NCBI GenBank assembly: GCA_946965045.2
Contig: OX337232.1
Span: 124,001 to 188,000, forward strand
Origin: Epithemia pelagica
Lineage: Eukaryota > Protista > Bacillariophyta
DNA length: 64,000 bases
Direction: 5' to 3'
Position numbers and translations under genes: made by a program. Below are positions 34,421 through 46,900 of the stretch, piece by piece (the first letter of the stretch is position 1; each line of letters starts with the position of its first letter). The notes under the pieces are model-generated. The model had not been told where the DNA came from, did no database searches, and saw only the letters and a program-made list of their open reading frames with translations.

Positions 34421-35122
34421 GTGATTGGACGGTTTGGCTTGTTGGAATCTATATTGGAAACCAGCTAACCAATGAAACGACAGAGGACTTCCTCTTTCTC
34501 TAATGCTTGGACAATGGCAATCCACACGTCCACAGAGCTACCTACCTAGAGAAGACGACATGGTGCTGTGATCTGTGTGTGTGTTCCAGTTCCATAATGC
34601 ATTGCTGTGTCGACTACAAACCGGTGCGTGTCCCGATGTACTCCAAGCCGCACAGATCATAACCAACACCGAGTAGGCAAGGCGGTGGAGATGGTCGTGT
34701 GGAACGCATCGTATGGTTGCCTGGAATACCTTCTTCTTCTTCTTCTATGGTCCATGACGTGATGCAGCTTTAGCAGCAGCTCCAGAGCTACAGGTCTGGG
34801 ATTTGGCCAAGAATGCAGGCTCTCGGCCGACCATGACAAGTCAACAGGATGATATATTGGAGTAGACCTCGCTAGGTAGAGGCCTGAAATAATAGAGATC
34901 CAAATAGCAAGCATAGTGTAGTGTCGGGGAAAACTACTATCTTGGGAAAACTAGGTAGGAACTACTCCTAGGACCTAGGACCTAGAGGATGTACATAACT
35001 ATTAACTATCCATCTGTCGTGTGTCGTGTGACAGTCTTGACTTCTTTGAAGCTCAAGGAGATGCCATGCGCATACGTAGGAGACCAAAGAGCAGTTCGTC
35101 AGATTTTAGTTTTTGGAATACG

Positions 35123-35179
35123 TGACGTCGTCAATTTTACGTCACGTCACGTGACGTGCGTCAATTGTGACGTCGTCAC
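35123..35179. promoter_or_regulatory. Dense cluster of TGACGT/ACGTCA (bZIP-type) motifs with a CACGTG G-box
   Basis: TGACGT at 35123, 35152, 35168; ACGTCA at 35139, 35144; CACGTG at 35148. The motifs are seen directly; a regulatory function is inferred. Confidence 0.4.
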
Positions 35180-35503
35180 ATCCTTGCCAGCAGAGATGAG
35201 CTGTTGCTGGAGCCACCTCTAGAGCTACCTATGAATCATTTTGCGTCATGCAGAGTGGTGTTAATTAATTGATCTAGCTCCATATCATCTAATCAACGGT
35301 ACACCGTACTGTTTGTCTTTACTGTAGTATAGCTGTAAGCCGTTCAGCTCGCGAATAGCGTCTGCCGTCTGCCGGCTGTCGGTCTGAAATCTGGATCTTT
35401 TGTAGGCATCGATGATCGATGATTCATTCTCAACAACAAAGCTGCGGCTATGACACGAATGGCCAATACCACGTCGAAAGATACCGAATCAAAACAAGTA
35501 GTA

Positions 35504-35791
35504 CCGTTAATAGCGGAACTTAAGAACCACCGCTTATAAGAACCACTTTGGTCATTTTGTCGGACATGTCCCTTCACCCCCACTTCCCACTACCTAGTGT
35601 CTTAGGTGCACATGCATCCCGTACCCCCTATTCCAAATAGAAGCGAACAGTCATCCCCCGAATTTTAAGAACAATAAAGGGGAGATATAAGAAAATTTTC
35701 AGGGGTCACCCTTTTGTTATATTGCGGAAGATAAGAACCATTTTGCCCGAAATGAGGACATTTGGTGGTTCTTAAGTTCCGCTATTTCCGG
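35504..35791. mobile_element. 288-bp MITE, Tc1/mariner-pogo-type (TA target duplication)
   Basis: 28-bp terminal inverted repeats CCG(TT/GA)AATAGCGGAACTTAAGAACCACC with 2 mismatches, flanked by TA (35502-3, 35792-3). Internal TAAGAACCA repeats; no ORF. Confidence 0.85.
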
Positions 35792-36226
35792 TAGAGCTCT
35801 CTGTTCAGCGCACGTATTCTTCCTCGCTCTCTGCTGTGCTGTTCAATTAAGCAGGAAATACCTGGAACATGGCTTTCCGAGCCCCTTCAAGTCGTTGGAA
35901 AATACTTCCAATTGCGAATTGCGAAGCGACGAATCTACTCGATTAACTATCATTGATCCTAGCAGCACTTAACCTCTCTTGACTCAGCAGCAGCAACAAC
36001 AACAACAACAAAACACTGTCATTGGTCATTGATCTTGAGATTGTGGATCATCCACAACCACCACCACCACCACAACCACAACCAAACCAAAAAAAAGAGT
36101 CCAGAGACCACACCTCCACGACCAGGCTCTCTGGAATATCTACTCATTCGTAATATTCTAGTTTGATTCGAGAAACAGGGTGAGAGAAAAAGACAAGTCT
36201 CCCACTCTACTACAACACAAGGTTGA

Positions 36227-39200
36227 ATGCGCATCCAAAACTCCAGCAGCAGCACCCGCAAGACCAACAACAGCAGCATGGTTCCCCAACAAGCACACGT
36301 CAATGGTCGCAATCCCAAAGCGAACAACAACAACAAGACAGTAAGAGGAAACCACCAGAACCAACGGCAGCACATTGGGACGTTACGAAAACGACCCACA
36401 CCAACACGACGATCTTCCGTGTGGTTCTCACGGTTCACACGCATTCTGCACTCCATGTATTCCACCACTCCCCAAACCAATCACCACAACAAGTCGTGTC
36501 GTCGCTTGTTGGAGCCCGCACAAGTCAATGCCTATTTTCCCAGTGCTTGTCTCTGGGCGATTGGCACGTGGCTCTGTTTGTTGGCCATGGCCTATGGCGT
36601 GACACCGCAATCGGAGTGGACCTATTTGCAAGACTGGGATCGGGTCATTTCCCTGTGGGCCAGTGTCGTGTTGACCAGTAGTTTGATTTCGCTCTGCATG
36701 CCCTTTGTCAATTTTTTGCGAGCCGGACAAGGCCGGCAACGGCCCAGTGGCATTTTGTGGGTGGCCATGACCACTCTCCTCATTTCGATTGGGACCAACT
36801 TGTTGCTCGCCCTGGCGCCCACCATTGTCCGCCGCGATCCTCTCCTACACTCCAAAGTCTTTATTGTCCGATGGTGTGAATGGATTCCCCTGTCCGGGCT
36901 GTTGACATTCTTGTCAGATGCCGTCGACATGGCGCAAGACGAGGAGGACGAGGAACGAAACGACGACAACGACCATGACGAAACTCGTGTGCCAGCCTCT
37001 CCGTGTCGCGTCCCATCCTCATCATCATCATCATCTTCTTCTGCTGCGGCGACGCGTTTGTCGTCCTGGCTTCCCCCCTTGCCCAGTTTGGTCCATGCCA
37101 GCAGTCAAGTCTTGAGCACCTCGTGTGGACTGCTGTTTCCCTATTGTCCCAACACGGCCACCTGGTGCTTGTTGCAAGGCGTGTCGTGGGCCTTGTACGT
37201 GCCCCTCTTTTGTCTCGTGGAACAAAAACGACAAGCCCTCTTGCAAGTGGTCGTCTTGAATCGAAGCAGCAAACCTCAACACGGTCGTGCCAAATTACCG
37301 AATGCGACCAACGACGACTGGCAGACGAAGGAATATGTGCCCGATTCCAGTTCCTATTTGGAAAAGGAGGCCTACGATCGACGATACTTTGCCTATCATT
37401 TGTTGCGACAATGTTCCATTGTTTGGACCTGTCTCGTGGGATTGTACTATGCTCATGCCCTGTGGAGTTTGTGGATTCATCATGCTTCGACCAAAGAGGA
37501 GGAGGAGGCCTCGTTCGATTGGACCACTTCCAATACCACAACGTGTGCCAATTCCACGGGCGACTATCATCTCCATCACAACGATGAGGAATGGATGCAG
37601 GACATCACCACCAACAACAACAACATGGAGGAGGACATGCCTGTTCCACTCAAAGTCTGGAATGCGATATGGACTCGCGTCGTTCAGGTGGTCCAACACC
37701 AACGGCAGCAACAGCAAAAAGAAGAAGATTCCCCAGCCATGGCCTGGCTCCAGTCCAATGAAACCACCTGTCATTCGTGGACACAACAACCAGAACCGCA
37801 ACCCGACCGCGACGACACGGACGGCGATTGGTTCCAGACCTTTTGGCAGCAGCATCACGAATCCTTGGCCATGTGGGCCGATACAGCCTTTGATGTCTTG
37901 GCCAAATGGCTCTATCTCAAGGTTGTCGTGGAAGTCCATGACAAGGTCTTTGATTCCAATGCCCGTGACAAGTGTCAATTGTTTGAATTGCGACGACTCA
38001 TGCAATTGTTGTGGGATTCCACCACGGATACCATTTTGATTAGCGTGCAAGGTCCCACCTCTACCAGTACCTTTTTGTCCCCCTCTTTTTTGCAATCCTT
38101 TGCGGCCACCAGTCCGGATGGATTGGATCCCTCCACGACGACCACCAGGACGGTGGAAGAGGAAGACGATGACGACGATGAAGATGTGCCACTCTCGTTC
38201 CTGACGGCAGAAGGAGGTTCCTCCAGTAACAACAACAACAACACTGTGAGACGTGCCAGTCACGGCCCCTTGCCAAGTCATGAGTCCGACAGTAGCAACA
38301 GACCTGTTCCACGGTCCATGTCGACCTCCTTGTTGCCGTCTCAATCCTTCTTGTCCTCTACCGCCTCCGATCTGTCGGACCTGGCCAGTCCTTCTCCTCG
38401 AATGCTTCGAAACGGCAACCAAACCACCACACCCAAACAAGTCCACAAGAAGAACCACCATTCCTGGTTGACCTCGCATCGCAACGATACCATGGGAGTG
38501 GTCTTACGAACCTCGAATGCACCCACCCCCTTTTCCATGGGATATACTGGACGATTGAATCGTACCGAAACACTGGCCACCGGATCCTCTTCGTCCTCGG
38601 ATTCCTCGAATGCGTCCTCCTCGTCCGGTTTGGTCTATCCTCCCCTCCAAGTCTTGGATGCGCAATACATTGATTCCAGTCACATTAGTTCCACGGCCGC
38701 CTTGGAAAAACTCACCATTGCCACCATGGATCGCGATTCCCCCGAAGTCCAATTGGCCACCGAACTCATTCAAGCCTGTTGGACCAATTTGCACGAACGA
38801 CAACATGAACCACAAGACTATCACAAGGAGGAGGATTCCATGGATCGAGAAGACGAACAAGATGAGAATGATGAATCCTTCCTCAAGGATGACAATCACA
38901 ACAGCACTGGTCCACAGTCACGCAATACCTCCTTTTTGTTGGTTCACGAGTTTCAACGACCTCACAATTCCAAGGATCACCGCACGGACCATCATCCTTC
39001 CTCCTTGCGCGATGATATCACGGACGCGAGCAATCACGATCGGAATTTGTGTTCGTGCGAACTCAAAATTTCGCAAAAATCCCCCGAATCCTTTGTGGCC
39101 ATTGTCCGGGATGTCACGGAACGGTATCGTCGATTTGCCGCCGAACGGGCCCATGCCGAAAACTTGGCTCGACAAAAGGATGCCCAAACGGCCAATCGAT

Positions 39201-41243
39201 TTACCCGTCATGAAATCAAAAATGGCTTGCTTTCCGGCATTGAATTGTGCGACAGTCTTCAACGATCCTTGGAACGTGCCACTGCGCCAGCTTCCTTGAC
39301 ATCCGTCACCGCCACGGACACAACGGCCGAAGGACCAGCAGCACCAACACCGACCGATGCACTGGCCTTGTCGCCAGCCTTGAACAAAATGGCCGGCCTG
39401 ATTGGACAAGTCGATCGAGTCTTTCAGGAAATTCTGGATACGGTCTTGGCCGATGGTACGTGCATTGTGAAGTAGTAGACTGATGTAGATGCATCGGTCT
39501 AGGCGACATATTCCCCCATACAACGTCATTGCTTCACTTTCTAACCCTTGTCCATTGAATCTCTGGATCTCGCCCTTTATTACAGCCATGGCACGCGATG
39601 TAGTCCACGAATGCTACGAACCCCATCCCCAAAAGACGGATTTGGTCGAAGTCTTCAAGGCCTCTTGTTCTCGCATTGGGGAACAACGGTTTCCTTTGCA
39701 AATGTCACCTCAAGGATTCCCCAAGTTGTTGTTGGATGCCCAATTGTTGCGCTTCATTCATCGAAATGCCGTGTCCAATGCCAACAAGTACGGCCGGCGA
39801 GGCGGTATCATCTCGACCCATGTGGACTATGACGATGCTCCGGACAAGCAAATGTTGACCATCAAGGTGATCAATGAACCGGGTCCGGGACATGAAACAC
39901 TCCTGATAGATGCCGAAGAAAGCAGTCGTTCTGTCTTCAAGGCTGGTCGACGACTCCGCAATGCCATTGATACCAATTCCGCCATTGGAGTGTCCTCCAA
40001 CAGTCGATTCCACCCGGACCATGATTCCCAAAACAATTCATCCATTAACGGAAGTAGCAATTTATCTTCGGGAGACGGTGCCTGGATTATGCAAAAATGT
40101 GCCAAAAACATGGGTGGAGTATGCTCCATTACCTTTGAGCCGGAACGAACCGTGTTTGAATTTTGCTGTCACGCCGCACCCGTCTTGGATCGGCCCTCTG
40201 ACACCAGCAAGGCACAGGGGTTCTTTTTGCCGCTCAACACGTGGGCCTTGGGCATTGACGATTCCTGGATCCAACGCAAACTCTTGTTGCGCATTTTTGC
40301 CAATGCCGGCATTCATGCCACACGCAAAAAGGTGATTGGTCGCAGTTTGGAGGAACTCGATTCGACCGCGCGGGTCTTGACGGAATTTTTGCACGACGAT
40401 CCGTCGGCCAAGTGTTTGGTCTTGGTGGATGAGAATTTGGATTATGTCACGGACGAGATTGGGACCAGTCGAGTGATTCGATCGGGTTCGAAAATGATGG
40501 AATCCATTTTGAATGCCTTGCCCGTGTCACAACGGAATCGCATCTTGACGCTGGTCCGATCGGCCAATGACTCGGCTCAAGATGTCATGGTCTATCGGGA
40601 ACGAACGCATGGATTCTTCCCCAAAATGGCAACCCGACGCGACGATGTCATGGAATTGTTGGAATCGGCCTGGAAAAAACGGTTTGGAGGAGATGACCAG
40701 CAACCCTTGGAGGTGGCCAGGACGGCACCGACGGTACTGTCATCCAGTTCACAGCAATCCTCACCAACCGATTCTGGCACCAACAATGAAAACAACAACA
40801 ACAACAACAACAATATCACGCATAGTTCCTCCTCACCAACCGCTTCTGGTACCAACACCGATACCAACAGCAACAACATCACGCAGAATCCAAACCCTAG
40901 AATGAACCCAACCACGACATGTACAACGCGGTTGGAAGGTTCGGAACGGGATACCTCCGAGACGGATGATTCCTATTGCGTGTCCAAGGATGACTTGCGA
41001 GAAGCCGTGTCTTCGGTGGATTCCTTAATGGAACGGCGATCGACCTGTCATGTTCCCTGGTCCCACATTTGGAGTTCCTTGCATTCGCTCAAGGGTGATC
41101 TCATGACGTCCGATCAAGCCGAATTGCAATGGGCCTCGGCGGAAATCTCCAAACTCCAGGGACCCAGCATGCCCGACAATCTCCATGATCAATGGTCTCA
41201 ACTGCTACGACCCGCTATTTTCAAGGGCATTGATTCCTTTTAG
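36227..41243 (+). CDS. Rhodopsin-like hybrid histidine kinase (7TM - PAS-like - HisKA - HATPase - REC - Hpt-like), 2 exons, 1628 aa
   Basis: Exons 36227-39455 and 39586-41243 (intron GTACGT..TACAG, phase 1, giving LAD-A-MARD). RWCEW 36869; DVLAK 37892; VRDVTER; HEIKN 39209; NAVSNANKYG; SSGDGAWI; IDDS...VDENLD (D 40428)...FFPK; LHSLKG 41082. The start codon is uncertain. Confidence 0.85.
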
Positions 41244-42247
41244 CAAAAAAACGACGGAGGATCCACACGCCCACATGGCACCACCCAAGCTTGGGGTGAC
41301 GTACGGTTCACTTTCCTTGTTTCTCTTGTTCACTCTCTATTGTACCCACCAGGGAACATATATACTCAATTTTTCATCTTGTACAATCTCGGCAGCTTCT
41401 ACATACACTCCTATACTACTAATACTCTCATGGCTAAAACGCGAATTGCTTGTGTTTATCCATGGATAGCAGTGGCATTGCTGGATGCAAACACCCGCAC
41501 CACCAAACATGCAGATACAATATACATGCCATCAAACTGTTGCGTGTCTAGAGGTAGATGCAACCGTTCTTGTGGAGATGCCATTGTTCTTGTGGATCCA
41601 ACGACCCCCCGGCATGTGTACACTCATCTGCTGTCGTCGTCCTGTTGTTCGTGTTCGTGGCCGTGACGAGACGTTCCAAACACAAGAGACTGGTACACTC
41701 GGCTTGCGCGCAAGAGCATGCCGATCACGATCACGACCAACATTCTACATCTGTCACAGACCGGCAAGACCAAAAGCATTTCGATAGTTGACACTGCGAC
41801 AGTCGAAGATTGCCCAAAATCTTTTTGGATTGTGGACATCTATATACGTCCTAGCGGTGATGAGAACTCTAAAATTCCAGATAGATATCTCACGACCAGA
41901 TTCTAAACCTGCTTGGGGGTAGATATCCGTTGTCCATCTTCCATCTCCCATTGTGTGGTCGGCAGGTGTCCTGCATGCCAAAAAGGGACCAAAGAAGCAT
42001 TGCCACCAGACAACTGAAACACCTAAAAGAGAAGAATCAACCATTGACCTTTCACAGAACAACTGTTAAGATACGCGCAATCTAAACGCTGTGTGTTTTC
42101 TACTCCTATTTCCGTCACAATAACATGAGGATACAGCTAGCTCATAGGCAACATAGCGCGCTGAAACAACAAATAATACACTCTTGTGGACTATGTCATT
42201 ACATTATAAAACTCTTTTTCACCTTTCTCCTAGAACTCTTATCATTC

Positions 42248-42865
42248 TCAGGATGCATACTGACGCAGATATTTCACAAAGGTGGTGACATCTTGAGCAC
42301 CAGAAAAGGCCGGCTCTCCTTCGAATTCAAAAAAGGGGACTCCATGAATACCCCGTTGATGCGCTTGAGCTGCTTCGTCATGGACCAGACGACGCAATTC
42401 CTGTACCTTTTCTGGATTGGCAAAGAAATCTTGTACTTCGGTGCTTACACCCGCCTGCTCGGCACAGTGCAACAAACCCGTTTGGTCCGGGAAGATGCCC
42501 CGCGTAAAGTAGGCATCAAAGACAGCTTCATGAAAGGCTGTTTGCTGTAGGTGACCATCCAAATAATGCATCGTGGCATGAAAAAGAGAGGTATTGGGTG
42601 TGCGATCCGTCAGTCCAGTAAAGTCAATGCCGGTCAATTCACCGGCCAGTTTCAAGCGCGATCCGACACGCGATGCCGGGGTCCCTCCCTTGGGAATGCC
42701 CTCCTCCGGTGCTTCTGGACGTAACATGAAGGGCTTCCAAGATATCTGGGTCTCGATATTGGCTACCTGGGAAGCTTCTTGGAGTTTGCGAAGTCCTATG
42801 TAGCACCAAGGGCACATGAGGTCACTGGTGATGGCAACAGAGACTGCTTTCGTAATCGGAGCCAT
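42248..42865 (-). CDS. DSBA-like thioredoxin-fold oxidoreductase (FrnE type)
   Basis: ITSDLMCPWCYIG active site; WKPFMLRP; GIHGVPFF; FSGAQD. Confidence 0.9.
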   Translation of the reverse strand: MAPITKAVSVAITSDLMCPWCYIGLRKLQEASQVANIETQISWKPFMLRPEAPEEGIPKGGTPASRVGSRLKLAGELTGIDFTGLTDRTPNTSLFHATMHYLDGHLQQTAFHEAVFDAYFTRGIFPDQTGLLHCAEQAGVSTEVQDFFANPEKVQELRRLVHDEAAQAHQRGIHGVPFFEFEGEPAFSGAQDVTTFVKYLRQYAS

Positions 42866-43433
42866 GATGGTAACTGATAATAAAGGTGTACGTGACGGAT
42901 GCTCTTGATTTCTCTTCAGTGTCTCTTGCTTTTAAAAGCGCAAGAATATTATGAGAACAACCAACGTCGTAATGGTGGCTCCAGCGGTTTCCGCCGCATC
43001 CGCTCATCATGGTCAACCAAAGACGAAGTGGAACAATTTCGACTTCGACGGAGAGTGCGCCGGCCGGCATGTGAATCGCGCGTGAATGGACATCGATCGA
43101 AGTCGAGAGAATTCCAAAGGAAGTCATCAGCGTCTGTCCATCGTCAGCTTCCGATTCCATCCAATAGATCCAAACAGGTCACAACCAGCTGGTCCTTATT
43201 TTTTATTGTTTGGTTCTTTGGTTCATCCGGACGATCTTCTTCTGTTCTTATCGCTGTCCGCGGTGGACCCTGACCACACCATGTTCTTCTTCTCCAGCGG
43301 ATGAGCTTCACTACAACCCTCCGATTGCCGTCCAGGAGATGCCACAACTCTTCTTGTTGGAGGCGTTCCTGGGGTTGCCTCTTTTTGAGGCGCGCGCAAG
43401 ATGCGAGTCCTGAGGAGTCGTAGAGACTTGGAC

Positions 43434-43894
43434 TGTTGTTTTCCTGCTACCGTGGGCAACAAGAACGAGCTCAACCCGTGTAAAACAAAGTTAAGTTGTG
43501 TGTTTAGTCTTTACATCTACTCGTAGCGATGGCTGTGATCCGTTGGATCGTCGGCCGTTTGATAAGGTAGATTGGAGATCTTTTGCGATCTTGTTGCAAT
43601 CTTGGTTTCCTATGTATCGTCGTCCAGCCCGTTCTTGCCAGTCAGAATGTTTAGACGACGACAGTTATGGGATGCCATAGGATCTCGTTTCTCTATGTAT
43701 TGGACTTGTTTGGGCCGTTATTGTTGATGACGCGTTGCTCCAAATGAGACTTGGTCGGCCCATTGGTTCATTTGTTCTGTTTGAAATAACGATGGTACTC
43801 GTCTCTTGTCGGTCGAATCTTCTACTTCCGAATGCCGGTTCCGAATATTGGTCGCACTTCTTGATTCACTGACCATATCTCATTATTTTGAACA
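43434..43894 (-). repeat. 3' LTR of element 1
   Basis: Matches 49262..49722; only one substitution found by eye (43757 g vs 49585 c). Adjacent PPT GAGAGGGAG on the minus strand at 43895-43903. Confidence 0.95.
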
Positions 43895-43921
43895 CTCCCT
43901 CTCGGCCGAGTAGAGTCGATG

Positions 43922-46900
43922 TTACCATCCTTGTATACTCTCGCGATGTTTCTCGAACGATGATTCGTTGAGAGATTTAGTGAAGATATCCGCGGTCTGA
44001 TCGTCTGTCGCGCACGGGTGAATCTCAATCTCTTTTCGTTCCACGAAAGATTTAAAATGGAACAACTTGGTGCACAGATACCGTGTCCTGGGTCTGTACT
44101 TGTATATTGTTGCGAGTTCGACTGCACCACTGTTATCTTCGAAGGCCTTGCAGTGTATATTGGGTGTCGTAGAGAGAATAGGGAATCCCAAATCCTTCAT
44201 CTCACGAGTGATGGCCATCAACGGAATGACAGTACGTAGTGCGTGTGACAAACTTATGATCTCTGCTTCTGTGGTTGATAAGGCTATCTCTGACTGCAGT
44301 TTTGATTGCCAGAGGATGGGGCAACCTGCATAGAAGACCACAAATCCCGTTCGAGACCGAGCCATATCCTTGTTTGGGTGGTCGAGCTTGTTAAAATTGC
44401 CTGCAAAGTCCGCGTCGGCGTACACTTGGAAAGATTTCGTGGTGTCGGGTTTTAGTATCACTCCTTGCTTTCTTGTCCCGGCGAGGTAACGTGCTATGTG
44501 TTTGACGGCTTTCCCATGAATTGCTTTTGGGTTTTCGCAAAATCTGGCGCATTGGTGGACGGCGAAACTAATATCTGGTCTCGTGCTCTTTTCCAGGAAG
44601 TTGAGTTTCCCGATCGCCGACCTGTAATGGAAATGGTGATCAAATGCTTTTCCGTCTTGGTCCTGTCTCAAGCGTACTGTGGTTGGTGCCGGTGTTTCTT
44701 TCTTCTTGGTTGATTCGTCGGCAAGGTGAAGATCTTGGAGGATTGAGTCAATTAAATGTGGTTGAGTCAAGTGGATGGTGCCATCCTCTTTTCTGTCGAT
44801 GTTGACCCCAAGAAAATCGTTGACTCCGTCTTCATAGGTCATCTTCAGACCACTATTCTCCATTGTAACAATCAACCGGTCGAGTTCTTCTTTGTCAGGA
44901 CCCAACAATAAGGAATCGTCCGTATACAAAATGTATACGCATTTACCATGATAAAAGAGGCACTCGTCGTGTGCACTTTGTTGGAAACCGACTTGCTTGA
45001 GTCGTTCCACGAGGTGTTGATTCCATACTCGGGCACCCTGCTTCTGCCCATAGTAATTTTGCTTGATCTTGAGGACGTAGTCTTCTGCTCGCTGGTTTCC
45101 TTTTGTATCGAATGTGAAGCTTTTCGGCGCTTCCATATACATATCAGTCTCGGCGACTGCTTGAGTATATGCCAGCACACAATCTACCTGTTTGATGTGC
45201 CATCCTTGTGTGAGTGCCATAGTCAGGATGAATCTCACGACGGGCCATTGAATCACGGGAGCGTAGGTTTCCCAATAGTTAACCCCCTTTTCTTGCATGG
45301 ACCCATCATATGCCAATCTGGATTTCCATTTGTAGACTTCTCTAGTTTTTAGTCTTCTCTTTCGGACGCAACTCCACACTCCTCGAGAGATTAGCGCTCC
45401 TTTCGGAATGTCCTTTCGCTTGACCACCTCCCATAGCCCATTATCGCTATGATCTTGTACTTCTTTCTGTGCTGCCTTTATGAATTCCGCTCGATCCTCT
45501 TGTTTCATCGCTTCATGCCAGTACATAACATCTGGATTGCTGTTAGCTTGAGCGGTATTGACTGTCACAGTTGGTTTAGCTGTGATAGCTACTTCTCCGA
45601 TCGCGTCTTCGGGCTCTTGGAGCGAAGTCAAGTAGTCTTGATATCGTTGTGTTCGACGAGGAGTACGTTGGGACCGCCTAGCTCCCTCATGCTCTGGCAT
45701 AGTTTCTCGTTCTTCCATTGGCGGGTTAGCATCGTTAGTTTGGTCCCTGTCTTCGGGTATCGTAACGTCGGTCTCACGTCGGGGTGACGTCGTTGTACTT
45801 CCGAATTCCACGCGTGGTTGATTCTCCCTCATGCGTGGTCTGGATTTTGTGAACCCTGCCTTATACTGCCATTGAGATATTGGTTGGGCCTCTCCAAAAC
45901 TTTTGCGTATGGTTTCAAATTGGTCATCGTATTGAACATGAAATTGAGGTGACGTCAATCCGGAAGAAAGGGATAAGATAAGCCCGATTGTCCTTGCATG
46001 TTGAGGAGAATAGCCCAAGAAAATGCCAACTCGAGCTCGTTCGGACCATTTGGGAATTGGAGTTCCGCTTTGTAATTCGTTGTCGAGTACGTATGCTGGG
46101 CATCCGAATGTATGTGCGAGTCGTGTATTGAATCTTACCGTTGAACCTGTAAATAGTTCCATTGGCGTCTTTTCCTTGTGTTTCTTCATTGGTGCCTCAT
46201 TGAACATGTCGTTGGCATAGCGGACTGCATAGGGCCATAAGTTCGTCGTCACTGTACTACGCCAGCGTCGTTGGGCGTGTATTAGCATTGTTCTTCCTGA
46301 TTCTTGTAGTTCTCTAATACGTCGTTCGGCCATGCCACTTTGAAAGTGAGCATTAACTCCACTGAAAGTTAATCGTTGATTCTTCATTTGTACTGCTTCC
46401 CGTAATTTATTGTCGGCAAAGATGCCGTTATCGGCGTGATAATGTCGGATCTTGACTCCGTGAGTGTCTGCCCAAGCTTCAAACCGTTCTTTAGCTTCGA
46501 TCGTGTCTTTTGCTGATGTACTCCGTTGAAGGTGTACATAGCCTACCCCTGAGAAGTGGTCGACGAAAACCGTAGCCACCCTATATCTGTCCCGTGTGGG
46601 AGTCCCACGTAGATGCGCAATGTAACCCGGAGTCTTTGATATCATTTGGTCGACTGATACACATTGACCCGGTGACGTCATGGTATCTAGTGTTCCACGA
46701 TGACCTTTAATTCGCCAGGGACGTCGCGTAGCTTTCCCGTACATACACGCCGTACAGACCGGGACCTTACAGTTTGCAAGTCGCTTTGGGAGTCCTCCTT
46801 CTCGTGCAAGGCTTTGGATTTTCGCCATCGACAGGTGACCCATTCTATGATGCGTTCGGAGTAACTCTAGCGTTGGACTTGCGGGGAGTACCTCTTCTTC

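Larger units (their letters stand above)
28015..34530. repeat. Block A of inverted segmental duplication (partner ~54960-57805)
   Basis: Gene order and intergenic sequence match the reverse complement of block B; block A additionally carries the non-LTR insertion. Confidence 0.8.

Noticed and set aside
42822-43433. Host gene disrupted by copia element 1
   Set aside because: Joining the flanks across the TSD gives only short ORFs with no recognisable product.
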